A stretch of DNA of 57,171 nucleotides from Patescibacteria group bacterium (GTDB lineage Bacteria; Patescibacteriota; Minisyncoccia; JAHISW01; Tagabacteraceae): assembly GCA_042577045.1 (NCBI GenBank), contig JBHPEK010000003.1, forward strand, positions 1-57,171, read 5' to 3'. The notes beneath the pieces are model-generated. The model was not told the DNA's origin and did not search any database. It saw only the letters and a list, made by a program, of their open reading frames with translations. Each line of letters opens with the position of its first letter. The stretch's first letter is position 1. The position numbers and the translations under genes are program-made. This document shows positions 9,664-21,332 of the stretch, piece by piece.

Positions 9664-10449
9664 TTATTCGAGCCATTTTTTCTCTTGCTCCTCAATATTT
9701 TGAGGGAGAAAAGATTCGCTACTGGCATCACCAACAACGGGTCTTATTATATAAAGTCTTCTATTCTCGTTGTCGTAAAATACATCGTCTTTCCCGCTAA
9801 CTGTTTTAGGTCCTACAACAATTGCTGGTTCAAAACCAAGAATATCCGAGGATTCTGAAGACAACAATTTGATTGATTTAAGATAGTCTTCTTGATATCG
9901 ATCGTATTCCCAACGATCTTCACCAAAATAATTACCACCAATAATTCTAGCGTCAATGGTTCCATCCTCGCACCTTTTTTTTAATTCTTCTGTTCTCTCT
10001 CTTAGATCAGCCGCAAATTGCTTTTTGTCTTCTTCCTCCCTTAAAAAATGCTCCGGGTCTTGGTGGCTTAAGAAAGACACATTTTTACCAGTCTCCCTGT
10101 CTTTGCCGGTAACTATTATACCGGTACAATTTATGAAGTTGTGAGAAAACTTATCTTTATTATCTATAGTTGATATAACATACGAATGCTTTCCTCGGTT
10201 TTTAAACCCTTGTCTTTGTAGCTCCATTGGACTGCCAAAATAATCTACATTTGTTGTGCTGTTGTCTCTAGATTCATTGTTTATGGCATCTTCAATCTTG
10301 TTCAAGTGCGGAGAGTGAGAGTGTTTAAAATCAGCAAGAGTTCCTATGCAGGCCATAATGGGTTTAATGTCTGGCCTCAAGTACTCTGCTGTTTCAATTT
10401 TTTCAGACTCCTCTGAAGCTTCTTTTTTTGTTATAGGTCTTTCAAACAT
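9664..10449 (-). CDS. Hypothetical protein (261 aa)
   Basis: Long ORF in the gene-dense minus-strand context. No family recognised. Confidence 0.55.
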   Translation of the reverse strand: MFERPITKKEASEESEKIETAEYLRPDIKPIMACIGTLADFKHSHSPHLNKIEDAINNESRDNSTTNVDYFGSPMELQRQGFKNRGKHSYVISTIDNKDKFSHNFINCTGIIVTGKDRETGKNVSFLSHQDPEHFLREEEDKKQFAADLRERTEELKKRCEDGTIDARIIGGNYFGEDRWEYDRYQEDYLKSIKLLSSESSDILGFEPAIVVGPKTVSGKDDVFYDNENRRLYIIRPVVGDASSESFLPQNIEEQEKKWLE

Positions 10450-10551
10450 ATCTTTATTTTACCTACAAGTCATGCTAACGGCAAGCGTTGCGGGCGAGGC
10501 ACAAAACTAAATTCCATAAATTTATTTTTTATTCTAGCATTTATGCTGAGC

Positions 10552-10578
10552 CCTGCCCATTGGCAGGCAGGCTTGTTG
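10552..10578. repeat. GC-rich hairpin element CCTGCC-n-GGCAGG+CAGGCTTGTTG, intergenic copy
   Basis: It shares CCTGCC plus the exact 17-mer GGCAGGCAGGCTTGTTG with 24883-24910 inside the giant ORF. Confidence 0.75.
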
Positions 10579-10665
10579 AAGCACCCAACCAAGCCCTTTG
10601 CCAGAAAGAACAAAAGCCCACCTTTTTCAAGATGGGTTTTTTATTTTATTGGTGGGATTAGTTTT

Positions 10666-11043
10666 TTAACGATCAGTCATGAGCAGGATAAAATAAACTA
10701 ACATCGAGTCCGCTTCTCTTCTTTTTATAACACAAAAGCCAGTTTTAGAGTCACACCACAACAGTTGCCCTTTGACATCATGGCCAGCACCAATATGGAC
10801 TGTCTCCTTCATACGCGCATTGAATAATCGAACTTGCGCAGTGGTCATTACATCACGAGCTCTGTACACGTGAGCGGTTTTTCCCCCACGATACCTATCA
10901 AAATTCCACACGTCATCCTCTGACTCTTTTTCTCGAAAATAATCTTTTAAATCTCCGCCATCAAAAACAAAACAGAAACCTGTGGATGGAATTAAAAAGC
11001 TTAACACCAAACAAACACCAATTACCAAAAATGTTTTTTTCAT
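10666..11043 (-). CDS. Hypothetical secreted or membrane-anchored protein (125 aa)
   Basis: N-terminal hydrophobic signal-like segment. GGGGGAG lies 5 nt upstream of the ATG. Confidence 0.55.
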   Translation of the reverse strand: MKKTFLVIGVCLVLSFLIPSTGFCFVFDGGDLKDYFREKESEDDVWNFDRYRGGKTAHVYRARDVMTTAQVRLFNARMKETVHIGAGHDVKGQLLWCDSKTGFCVIKRREADSMLVYFILLMTDR

Positions 11044-11084
11044 AACAACTCCCCCTTTCAGTTTTTAAGCTACATTAGTTTAAA

Positions 11085-11114
11085 CAAAGAATAGCACCGA
11101 AGTGCTATTCTTTG
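11085..11114 (-). terminator. Hairpin CAAAGAATAGCAC-CGAA-GTGCTATTCTTTG
   Basis: Perfect 13-bp stem in the intergenic region. Confidence 0.5.
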
Positions 11115-11174
11115 TCAACACAAACCCTTTGCTAGAGAAAATAAAAACCCCGATATTTCTATTGGGGCTTGTTC

Positions 11175-11224
11175 CATCTGTGGGAGGCCCTGAGAGAGAT
11201 ACTATCTCTCTCAGCACACAGATG
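11175..11224. repeat. Composite nested palindrome (outer CATCTGTG/CACAGATG, inner TGAGAGAGATA/TATCTCTCTCA)
   Basis: Read directly. The left end resembles the CTGTGGGA REP stem. Confidence 0.6.
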
Positions 11225-11408
11225 CCCAAAAACGCCCTATTCTAGGAAAATATAGGCGTGTTTTCCTAGAATAAGCTAAAAAATGCCCGCCTCTCTTCCT
11301 TAGACATCTGCACGATACTCGGTTTCGTGTAGTGTCGGCGGGTGGCAAATTTCTTTCCAAAAAAATATCCAAGTATGCCGGCAATTAGTATGTATAGGTA
11401 TTTCATCT
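11225..11408. repeat. ~185-nt dispersed repeat, copy 2
   Basis: See 9466-9650. Confidence 0.85.
11266..11406 (-). CDS. Small hydrophobic/basic peptide, 46 aa (MKYLYILIAGILGYFFGKKFATRRHYTKPSIVQMSKEERRAFFSLF)
   Basis: Hand-translated paralogue of 9508-9648. Confidence 0.45.
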   Translation of the reverse strand: MKYLYILIAGILGYFFGKKFATRRHYTKPSIVQMSKEERRAFFSLF

Positions 11409-11455
11409 TTTTTATTTTACCAATTTTTGTATCAATTTAACAATCGAACCCCTTT

Positions 11456-11480
11456 CTGTGGGAAGTCCGACTTCCCACAG
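11456..11480. repeat. REP-like palindrome CTGTGGGAAGT-CCG-ACTTCCCACAG
   Basis: It has the same CTGTGGGA...TCCCACAG stem ends as the three palindromes around the RAYT gene at 20.3-21.1 kb. Confidence 0.7.
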
Positions 11481-11542
11481 ATACAGTGGGCGCAGAAACA
11501 CAAAAAAAATCCGCGAAGATCCGATCTCCGCGGGATATTGTT

Positions 11543-12064
11543 TTAGTAATTTGTTTCGTCTTCTAGCTTTGCTAAAAGAGTTTTGTTTTGGCTTGTCAAA
11601 AAGTCAATACTTGTAATGCTTTTTCGTCTTTCGTCTTGAATCTCGAAAATTTTATCTTGTTTGAGTTGCAATTGATGATAATCGTCCAGCCAGTTTTCAA
11701 GTAGTCCCAAGTCTTTCTCGGAAGAGACCTTCTGAAAAATAAAACTTAGGGCTGTTGCAAGAGTGCTTTCTTCGCCATTTTCTTTCTTTAGTTCTTTAAG
11801 AACCTCCCTTGCCAGAGCTGTTGCCTTTTTATATCTGTATTCAGGAAGGCGTTTTTTCCAGTCACCTGCAATAACAAAAATATATAAAAAGGCAAACGAA
11901 AATATTGTACCAAGAACATAAAACCACCTAAAACCAAACTCAACAATAGCCAGCCCGAACGTAGACGTACAAACAATACCAGCTATAAGCAAGAAATTAC
12001 TTATTTTTTGAGACTCCTGACCAAACCTTGCTATCGTTGTCTGAAAACTATTCAATTCTTTCAT
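11543..12064 (-). CDS. Hypothetical 2-TM membrane protein, paralogue of 8596-9093
   Basis: The start is moved to the internal Met (MKELNSFQ). AAGGAGG lies 5 nt upstream of that Met, and it aligns with the MEKELNWFQ start of the paralogue. The ORF-track start is 12088. Confidence 0.6.
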   Translation of the reverse strand: MKELNSFQTTIARFGQESQKISNFLLIAGIVCTSTFGLAIVEFGFRWFYVLGTIFSFAFLYIFVIAGDWKKRLPEYRYKKATALAREVLKELKKENGEESTLATALSFIFQKVSSEKDLGLLENWLDDYHQLQLKQDKIFEIQDERRKSITSIDFLTSQNKTLLAKLEDETNY

Positions 12065-12174
12065 TTCAACCTCCTTTTCAGTTGTCAAATTTATCTGCCT
12101 TGTACAGAAAACATTAAGCTATTTATAGCACAAGGATTTTAGTGAGTCAATTGAAAAGTGTTGCCCGCCATATA

Positions 12175-12203
12175 TTCCCCACGGTTCCCGGAACCGTGGG
12201 GAA
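12175..12203. repeat. 29-nt perfect palindrome TTCCCCACGGTTCC-C-GGAACCGTGGGGAA
   Basis: Read directly. The arms are 14 nt. Confidence 0.85.
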
Positions 12204-12287
12204 TTAATTACCAAGCCCCTTTTTAACACTTAAAACACCTAAACTACCCAAAACCAGCAGGGATTTGGGTAGTTTAGGCAAAAAAGT

Positions 12288-12311
12288 GGCCCGATCAAGC
12301 TTGATCGGGCC
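12288..12311 (-). terminator. Palindromic hairpin GGCCCGATCAAGCTTGATCGGGCC downstream of secF
   Basis: It lies 26 nt after the secF stop and is followed on the minus strand by a T-run. Confidence 0.6.
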
Positions 12312-12336
12312 TTGTAAAAAACCGCCTTTTTCCATC

Positions 12337-13209
12337 TTATTTTCTTTCCTGCCACTTATGCCAAGTAACCAGAAGTGGCGCTGCTAAAAATAAAGATGAA
12401 TATGTTCCAAAAATAATTCCCATAATCAGTGTCATTGTAAAATATTGTGTGGTGCTTCCACCAAGAACAAGCAAAGAGACAAGAACCAACAAAATGGCCA
12501 CAGAAGTTTTAATAGACCGGCTTCTCACCTGGCTCACACTTTGGCTAACACTGTCTTCAAAAGTTTTGCCCACTCCCCGTTTTAAATTCTCTCTCACTCT
12601 ATCAAAAACTACGATAGTATCATGTACAGAAAAGCCAAGAATAGTAAGCAAAGCAGTTACAAAAAGAATGTCCACCTCAACATGATAAAAATGTCCCAAC
12701 ACTGAAAAAATACCCACGGGAATAGTTACATCATGTACTAAGGCAACAATGGCGGTTAGTCCGTATTTCCAAGAAGAAACAGGGCGACCTGCCTTTCTAA
12801 ATGTCCAAGCAATAAAAAGAACAATCATTGCAATAACCAACACAATAGAAGTAAACGCTTTTCTAGTAAGTTCTTTACCAATCACTGGGCCAATAGAGTC
12901 GAATCTTTTCTCCTCCACATTACCCAATGCTCTTAACAAAGCCTGATGTTCGGCTTCGGTAATGTCGCGAAGTCGCAAAAGAAGGCCGTTTTCTCCGGTT
13001 GGTTGAACTAAAATACTTCCCAGCCCCAAATTTTCCAAATTGTTATTAACAATATCTACTACGGGTCTAGTTTGAAGATACTCAACTTCTAGAAGTGTCC
13101 CTCCTGTGAAATCTATTGCTGGATTTAACCCCCAAACCACGAAAGCAACGAGGCTGGCTAAAACCACTACTCCTGAAATTGTATAAAATATTTTACGATG
13201 TTTTATCAT
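12337..13209 (-). CDS. secF: Protein translocase subunit SecF
   Basis: 290 aa with the 6-TM SecF pattern. It overlaps secD by 4 nt (ATGA). Confidence 0.92.
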   Translation of the reverse strand: MIKHRKIFYTISGVVVLASLVAFVVWGLNPAIDFTGGTLLEVEYLQTRPVVDIVNNNLENLGLGSILVQPTGENGLLLRLRDITEAEHQALLRALGNVEEKRFDSIGPVIGKELTRKAFTSIVLVIAMIVLFIAWTFRKAGRPVSSWKYGLTAIVALVHDVTIPVGIFSVLGHFYHVEVDILFVTALLTILGFSVHDTIVVFDRVRENLKRGVGKTFEDSVSQSVSQVRSRSIKTSVAILLVLVSLLVLGGSTTQYFTMTLIMGIIFGTYSSLFLAAPLLVTWHKWQERK

Positions 13210-14501
13210 ATTCCCAATAAAAATTTAGCGATTTTACTTTCACCTTTAAGATTGGAGGCAATTAAGAATGTCCTCGTTACCGTATACGCAGAAAATAAAC
13301 TTATTAAAACACCTATTCCAAGAGTTAATGCAAATCCTTTTACAACACTTGTGCCAAACCAATATAAAATTGTCGACGTAATTAGGGTAGAAACATTGGA
13401 GTCTCGAATGGATGTCCATGCCCTTTGAAAACCCTCGGGCACGGAGGCGCGGAAAGTTTTGTCATTTTTCATCTCTTCTTTTATTCTCTCAAATATTAAA
13501 ATGTTGGCGTCCACGGCCACACCGACCGACAAAATAAATCCCGCAATGCCGGCAGCCGTAAGTGTGACGGGGATAAGCTTGAAAAACATTAAAACCACAG
13601 CGGCATAAATGACTAAAGACAAAATACCAAAAAGTCCCAAGGCTCGATAGAGCAAGAGAAGGAAAATGGCCACAGCTAAGATGCCAATAATCCCTGCGTA
13701 AATGCTACGATATAAAACTTCTTCCCCTAGGGATGCGCCAACGCTTTGCTGAGAAATAAGTTCAATTGGAATAGGTAGGGCTCCAGAGTTTAATCTTCGT
13801 ACTAAAGTTTTAGCTTCTTCAGGTGTAAATTGGCCGGTAATTTGCGCTTTACCTCCTGTAATTTCTTCCCGAACATTTGGCGCACTAATAACATCTCCAT
13901 CTAAATAAATGGCAAGAGGCTTGCCAATATTTTCTCGTGTAACTTTGGCAAATAAATCTCCTCCTTCTTTTGTAAATTCAATAGAAATTTCTGGTTCAAA
14001 GGTAGTTTGATTAAAATCTAGAAATGCTTTTTTAAGAAAACGGCCGGTGAGCTCTGTGGGGATAAAAGCATCCTGAACCAACGTCTCTGATGTAATTTCT
14101 ATGCTGGGGTTTTCTATTCTAAATTCCAAATAAGGTGTCTCTCCAATTAGGGCAATGGCGTCGGAGATATTTTTTATACCGGGAAGCTCTACGATAAGCC
14201 TATCTTCTGCGCCACTCTGCTGAATTTGAATGAGGGGCTCGGTGACGCCGAAAAAATTTACTCGGCGCTCGATAACATCACGAAGGCCAACCATGGCTTC
14301 CGAAACCTCTGACTTGTCTATGGATGAGGTATCCGCGCGATAAACAAGATGAATGCCACCCTGAAGATCTAGGCCAAGGCGAAATGGCACTTCTGGCAAG
14401 AAACCCTTAGCAAAATCTGGCAAAAAAGGTACTGCACCAAAATATGCAGCAAAAAAGCCCAGTAAAAATATGAAGATTGCTAGAAACCGTGTTTTAACCA
14501 T
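13206..14501 (-). CDS. secD: Protein translocase subunit SecD
   Basis: 431 aa with LGLDLQGG near the N-terminus, a periplasmic domain and a C-terminal 5-TM block. Confidence 0.92.
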   Translation of the reverse strand: MVKTRFLAIFIFLLGFFAAYFGAVPFLPDFAKGFLPEVPFRLGLDLQGGIHLVYRADTSSIDKSEVSEAMVGLRDVIERRVNFFGVTEPLIQIQQSGAEDRLIVELPGIKNISDAIALIGETPYLEFRIENPSIEITSETLVQDAFIPTELTGRFLKKAFLDFNQTTFEPEISIEFTKEGGDLFAKVTRENIGKPLAIYLDGDVISAPNVREEITGGKAQITGQFTPEEAKTLVRRLNSGALPIPIELISQQSVGASLGEEVLYRSIYAGIIGILAVAIFLLLLYRALGLFGILSLVIYAAVVLMFFKLIPVTLTAAGIAGFILSVGVAVDANILIFERIKEEMKNDKTFRASVPEGFQRAWTSIRDSNVSTLITSTILYWFGTSVVKGFALTLGIGVLISLFSAYTVTRTFLIASNLKGESKIAKFLLGI

Positions 14502-14597
14502 TGGTTTATATAATACTCAAAATTGAAAAAATGACAATGAAAAACACTGAAACACATAAGAACCTAGGTATATTCTTGGGTGTTTAGGTATTTTTAT

Positions 14598-15722
14598 TTA
14601 CGACCCTAAAAATTCTACAATTGGGTCTTTTTGAGAAAATCTTTGTGAGTGCCTACGAAAACCCATTAAAACACCCAATCCAGCAAATACAGTAAGCATG
14701 TGAGAGCCACCATAACTTAAGAAGGGCATGCTTAAACCTGTGATAGGTAGCACCCCCACATTCATCCCAATATGTAAAACAAAATGAATCATTAAAAATA
14801 TAGCAAGTCCAATTCCAAAAAGACGTTCAAAATTGGACTGACCAAAATAAGCAATTCGCAAAATTCTCCAGATCAAAAAACCAAAACAAGAAAAAATTAT
14901 CAGAACGCCAATAAATCCCCACTCTTCAGCAAAAGCTGAAAAAATAAAATCTGTTCTGTATTCTGGTAGAAAATTCAACCTACTTTGTGTACCATAACCA
15001 ATCCCTTTTCCCCACAATTGACCCGAACCAACTGCAATCATAGACTGTAATGCATTGTATCCTGCTCCTTGTGGATCATGATTTGGATTTAAAAAAGTAA
15101 GTATTCTATCTTTTTGATAATCTTTCAAAGCAAATTGCCAACTTCCTACAAAAACAATGGCAATTAAAACCAAAACGAGAATCAAATGTTTTTTACTTAT
15201 CCCTGAAACCATAATCATTCCTAGCCAAATTAAAACAAAAACCAATGATGAACCAAAGTCTGGCTGAAAAAATATGAGAATAGTTGGAATAAGAGCATAT
15301 AGACCAGAAACTATAATATGTTTAAATTGAGCAATTTCTATATGTCGTCTACTAAAATATTTGGCCAGCATCAAAATTAACAAAAGCTTAAGAGGCTCGG
15401 TTGGCTCTATTGAAAAAAAGAAAAAATTCAGCCAACGAGACGACCCCCTAGTAACTTGCCCAAAAAACAAAAGAGTCAACAAAACAACTACTCCAAAACC
15501 AAAAAGACCCAAAAGAAATCCACTTGTTTTTAAAAAACGCCAATCAATGTTACTGAAAACAAGAAAAACCAAAACGCCAAGAATAATCCAAATTATCTGA
15601 CGATTGAAAAAATAACTACTGCCTTCACCCAAGAAAGGTCTCATTGTAACGAGCCCCGCTCCGAGGAGCGGGGTAAATGTAAAAACCAAGAGCCAATCAA
15701 GATTGAAATATTTATTAATCAT
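14598..15722 (-). CDS. FtsW/RodA/SpoVE-family peptidoglycan polymerase
   Basis: 374 aa polytopic protein with typical SEDS segments (PDFGS, LPE..TDFIF, P.TG.P.PF.SYGGS). Confidence 0.9.
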   Translation of the reverse strand: MINKYFNLDWLLVFTFTPLLGAGLVTMRPFLGEGSSYFFNRQIIWIILGVLVFLVFSNIDWRFLKTSGFLLGLFGFGVVVLLTLLFFGQVTRGSSRWLNFFFFSIEPTEPLKLLLILMLAKYFSRRHIEIAQFKHIIVSGLYALIPTILIFFQPDFGSSLVFVLIWLGMIMVSGISKKHLILVLVLIAIVFVGSWQFALKDYQKDRILTFLNPNHDPQGAGYNALQSMIAVGSGQLWGKGIGYGTQSRLNFLPEYRTDFIFSAFAEEWGFIGVLIIFSCFGFLIWRILRIAYFGQSNFERLFGIGLAIFLMIHFVLHIGMNVGVLPITGLSMPFLSYGGSHMLTVFAGLGVLMGFRRHSQRFSQKDPIVEFLGS

Positions 15723-15724
15723 TT

Positions 15725-16525
15725 TTACTTAACCAAATCTACTCTAGTGAAAACCTTGCTAGAAGTGGGCTCTATTAAAAAAGAATTTGGCCAAGTAAAT
15801 GTGACGTCCTTGTTGCTTTCCGCAGAAATCCTGTCTATCTTTGTTGAACTAATTGCAACAGCATTTTCACTTTCATCATACAAAACTACCGTTACCAAAA
15901 CATTGTTTACAGGAAAAAGGGATTGATTCAACAAGCGCGCCCGTAAAAACGGAGAAGGGAAATTAGAAAAGTTTTTTTCTGAAACCACAATAGAAGATTT
16001 CTCTCCTTCCGTATATGCCCAAGAAGAGAGTTTTTCAATTTCTACAAATGCCCGCACCGCTTCTCTTTGATCGGTATTTATATTTGAAGAAAAGATTACA
16101 AATTTGTCTCTAGGATTTAAAAATGTCTGTCCTTCTTTGATGGCCAAAAGTACATTTTCGGCATCATAAATTTTGAATGTATATTTTAATAGAGGAAGCC
16201 CATAAAAAAGATTTGGATTTTCTATAAGAGCAGCTACATCATAAGTATTACTACTGGCCCTAAACACTCTCGTCCACAACGTAATGATTTCTTTCGGATC
16301 AACCACGCAAGGGGTACAAGAACCACCGCAATCTACCCCCTCTTCTTCCTGGTTCTGTTTTTCATCTGAACAATTTGGATTTGAAATTAAAGAAAAAATA
16401 ATCAAAATCACAGCAAATGCAACAACAAATAAAGCACCTAAAATTATAGATAATTGCTTCTTTGTGCGCCAATTTAATATCTTAATCATAGATTTATTAT
16501 ATATCAAAACACCCCATTTCGCCAA
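15725..16525 (-). CDS. Hypothetical membrane-anchored protein with Cys-rich segment (CGGSCTPC)
   Basis: One TM helix. It lies 2 nt upstream of the SEDS gene. The start may be the internal Met MIKILNW. Confidence 0.55.
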   Translation of the reverse strand: MAKWGVLIYNKSMIKILNWRTKKQLSIILGALFVVAFAVILIIFSLISNPNCSDEKQNQEEEGVDCGGSCTPCVVDPKEIITLWTRVFRASSNTYDVAALIENPNLFYGLPLLKYTFKIYDAENVLLAIKEGQTFLNPRDKFVIFSSNINTDQREAVRAFVEIEKLSSWAYTEGEKSSIVVSEKNFSNFPSPFLRARLLNQSLFPVNNVLVTVVLYDESENAVAISSTKIDRISAESNKDVTFTWPNSFLIEPTSSKVFTRVDLVK

Positions 16526-16552
16526 GAAACAGAGTGTTTGAATTAAATCCTT

Positions 16553-16664
16553 AAACCCGGCGGTTACCTACTTTCCCCCCAAAAGAGTATCATCGGTACT
16601 ACGATGCTTAACTTCCGAGTTCGGAATGGTATCGGGTGTGGCCATCGCGTCAAACCACCGGATT
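16553..16664 (-). rRNA. rrf: 5S rRNA
   Basis: The reverse complement reads CCGGTGGTTTGACGCGATGGCCACACCCGATACCATTCCGAACTCGGAAGTTAAGC...GTAGGTAACCGCCGGG, and the terminal helix pairs. Ends are uncertain by about 5 nt. Confidence 0.88.
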
Positions 16665-16686
16665 CAAAGATTCAATTTATTTTATA

Positions 16687-16702
16687 CAAGAATCGCACAT
16701 AA

Positions 16703-16715
<13 letters not shown>
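16687..16715 (-). other. 3' arm of the 23S processing stem (pairs with 20109-20137)
   Basis: 29 positions pair with 2 G-U wobbles and 1 mismatch when aligned by hand. Confidence 0.7.
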
Positions 16716-20108
<3,393 letters not shown>

Positions 20109-20122
<14 letters not shown>

Positions 20123-20137
20123 TATATGCAATTCTTG
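20109..20137 (-). other. 5' arm of the 23S processing stem
   Basis: See 16687-16715. Confidence 0.7.
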
Positions 20138-20286
20138 ATTGCTAAATTATCAAAGTTCTCTTAAGGATGTTCAAAATAAAAATCCGCCTTCCAAGGAAAG
20201 CGGCATCTAGAAACTAGACATGATAAAATCTATCCGCTTTCTTTTTCTAAAACTTTTAATATTTCTCGCATAATTTAAGTGTTTTT

Positions 20287-20314
20287 ATTATAGCTATACC
20301 TAAAAATAATGCAA
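20287..20314 (-). promoter_or_regulatory. Candidate sigma-70 promoter for the 23S-5S unit (TTGCAT-16 nt-TATAAT)
   Basis: Hexamers read on the minus strand, about 165 nt upstream of the 23S 5' end. Confidence 0.4.
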
Positions 20315-20337
20315 GGGCATAAACACAAATCTTCATT

Positions 20338-20362
20338 CTGTGGGAGATTGGATTTCCCACAG
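20338..20362. repeat. REP-type palindrome CTGTGGGAGAT-TGG-ATTTCCCACAG (REP1), 6 nt after the RAYT stop
   Basis: Read directly. It has one stem mismatch relative to REP2. Confidence 0.85.
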
Positions 20363-20368
20363 ATACTA

Positions 20369-21025
20369 CTATTCCATCAACAACTCCCTTAATTCCTCGA
20401 ATTTGTTTTTTGCTTTGTCTTTTACGCAACTTTTCAAAAATTCTTCATATTCATTATAGTTTGTAAGAGGCGTCCATTTGTATTGCTCAAGAAACTTTTT
20501 GGCCTTTTTCCAGTCCTTTACCCCTTCTTCTTTCCACCTTAACTCAAAAAGATCTAAGGGGTTTAAGTAAATATATTGTTTCAAATAATTTAAATATTCA
20601 TCTTTATCTATTAAAATTGCTTTAAACCTACCTTGAAAAAGCGAACCACTTCTTTCATGTTTTTGATTAAAATAAAGGGTAAAGCCGATTCCCAATTTCT
20701 GCATAAAATCGGAAATTCCTTTTTCTTCTAGTTGCTCGAGAATTAAATGGAAGTGATTGGGCATTAAACAACTACAATGTATTTTAATAACTGGCTCTCT
20801 ATCCTCAGCTTTTATTCTGTGGGAGATTGGATCTCCCACAGAAACCATTCCATCTTCCACGTTTACTCGACGAAAAAGATTTATTGAGGAGTTCTTGTCA
20901 TTGAAATCTCTAAGACTAAAAAGAAAACGATGATAATCCTTGTCGTCCATGAAAATATCACGTTTATCCACTCCACGATTAAAAACATGATAAAAATGGT
21001 TATTTGCAAATTGAAGTCTTTTCAT
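20369..21025 (-). CDS. Y1 HUH transposase, IS200/RAYT-like (REP-associated tyrosine transposase family)
   Basis: It has YHVFNRG, the HUH motif MPNHFHLIL, GSLFQGRFK and the tyrosine motif QYIYLNP. It is flanked by inverted palindromes. Confidence 0.8.
   Translation of the reverse strand: MKRLQFANNHFYHVFNRGVDKRDIFMDDKDYHRFLFSLRDFNDKNSSINLFRRVNVEDGMVSVGDPISHRIKAEDREPVIKIHCSCLMPNHFHLILEQLEEKGISDFMQKLGIGFTLYFNQKHERSGSLFQGRFKAILIDKDEYLNYLKQYIYLNPLDLFELRWKEEGVKDWKKAKKFLEQYKWTPLTNYNEYEEFLKSCVKDKAKNKFEELRELLME
20817..20841. repeat. REP-type palindrome CTGTGGGAGAT-TGG-ATCTCCCACAG (REP2), in frame inside the RAYT ORF (encodes SVGDPISHR)
   Basis: Perfect 11-bp arms. It maps to codons 62-70 of the ORF. 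Confidence 0.9.
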
Positions 21026-21053
21026 TATTTATATTGTACACCAATTTTCATTT

Positions 21054-21078
21054 CTGTGGGAGATCCAATCTCCCACAG
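21054..21078. repeat. REP-type palindrome CTGTGGGAGAT-CCA-ATCTCCCACAG (REP3), 29 nt upstream of the RAYT start
   Basis: It is the exact reverse complement of REP2, so its orientation is inverted. Confidence 0.9.
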
Positions 21079-21125
21079 AAACCTATTTATTTATTGGTAA
21101 ATATAAAACCCGCCAATGGCGAGTT

Positions 21126-21332
21126 TTATATAATTATCATTCTGTAAGCTTGTACTATATGTTTCATTGCAGAAAACAAATGGATCTTTACCATTTTTAT
21201 GTTTCCTCTACGAAAATGTTTAACGGCAGACATAGAAAAAATTAAAACAGCATCAATATGAAATACTGGGCCAACATATTTCCCAGTTAAACAATAATTC
21301 CTAAAAACATACATGTGCAATTTATTTAACAT
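21126..21332 (-). CDS. Hypothetical small protein (68 aa)
   Basis: AAGGAG lies 5 nt upstream of the ATG, and an imperfect hairpin follows the stop. Confidence 0.4.
   Translation of the reverse strand: MLNKLHMYVFRNYCLTGKYVGPVFHIDAVLIFSMSAVKHFRRGNIKMVKIHLFSAMKHIVQAYRMIII

Noticed and set aside
8909-11976. Overlapping ORFs 8909-9106 and 11788-11976 inside the paralogous membrane-protein genes
   Set aside because: They are out-of-frame overlaps of longer ORFs whose products are conserved between the two paralogues.
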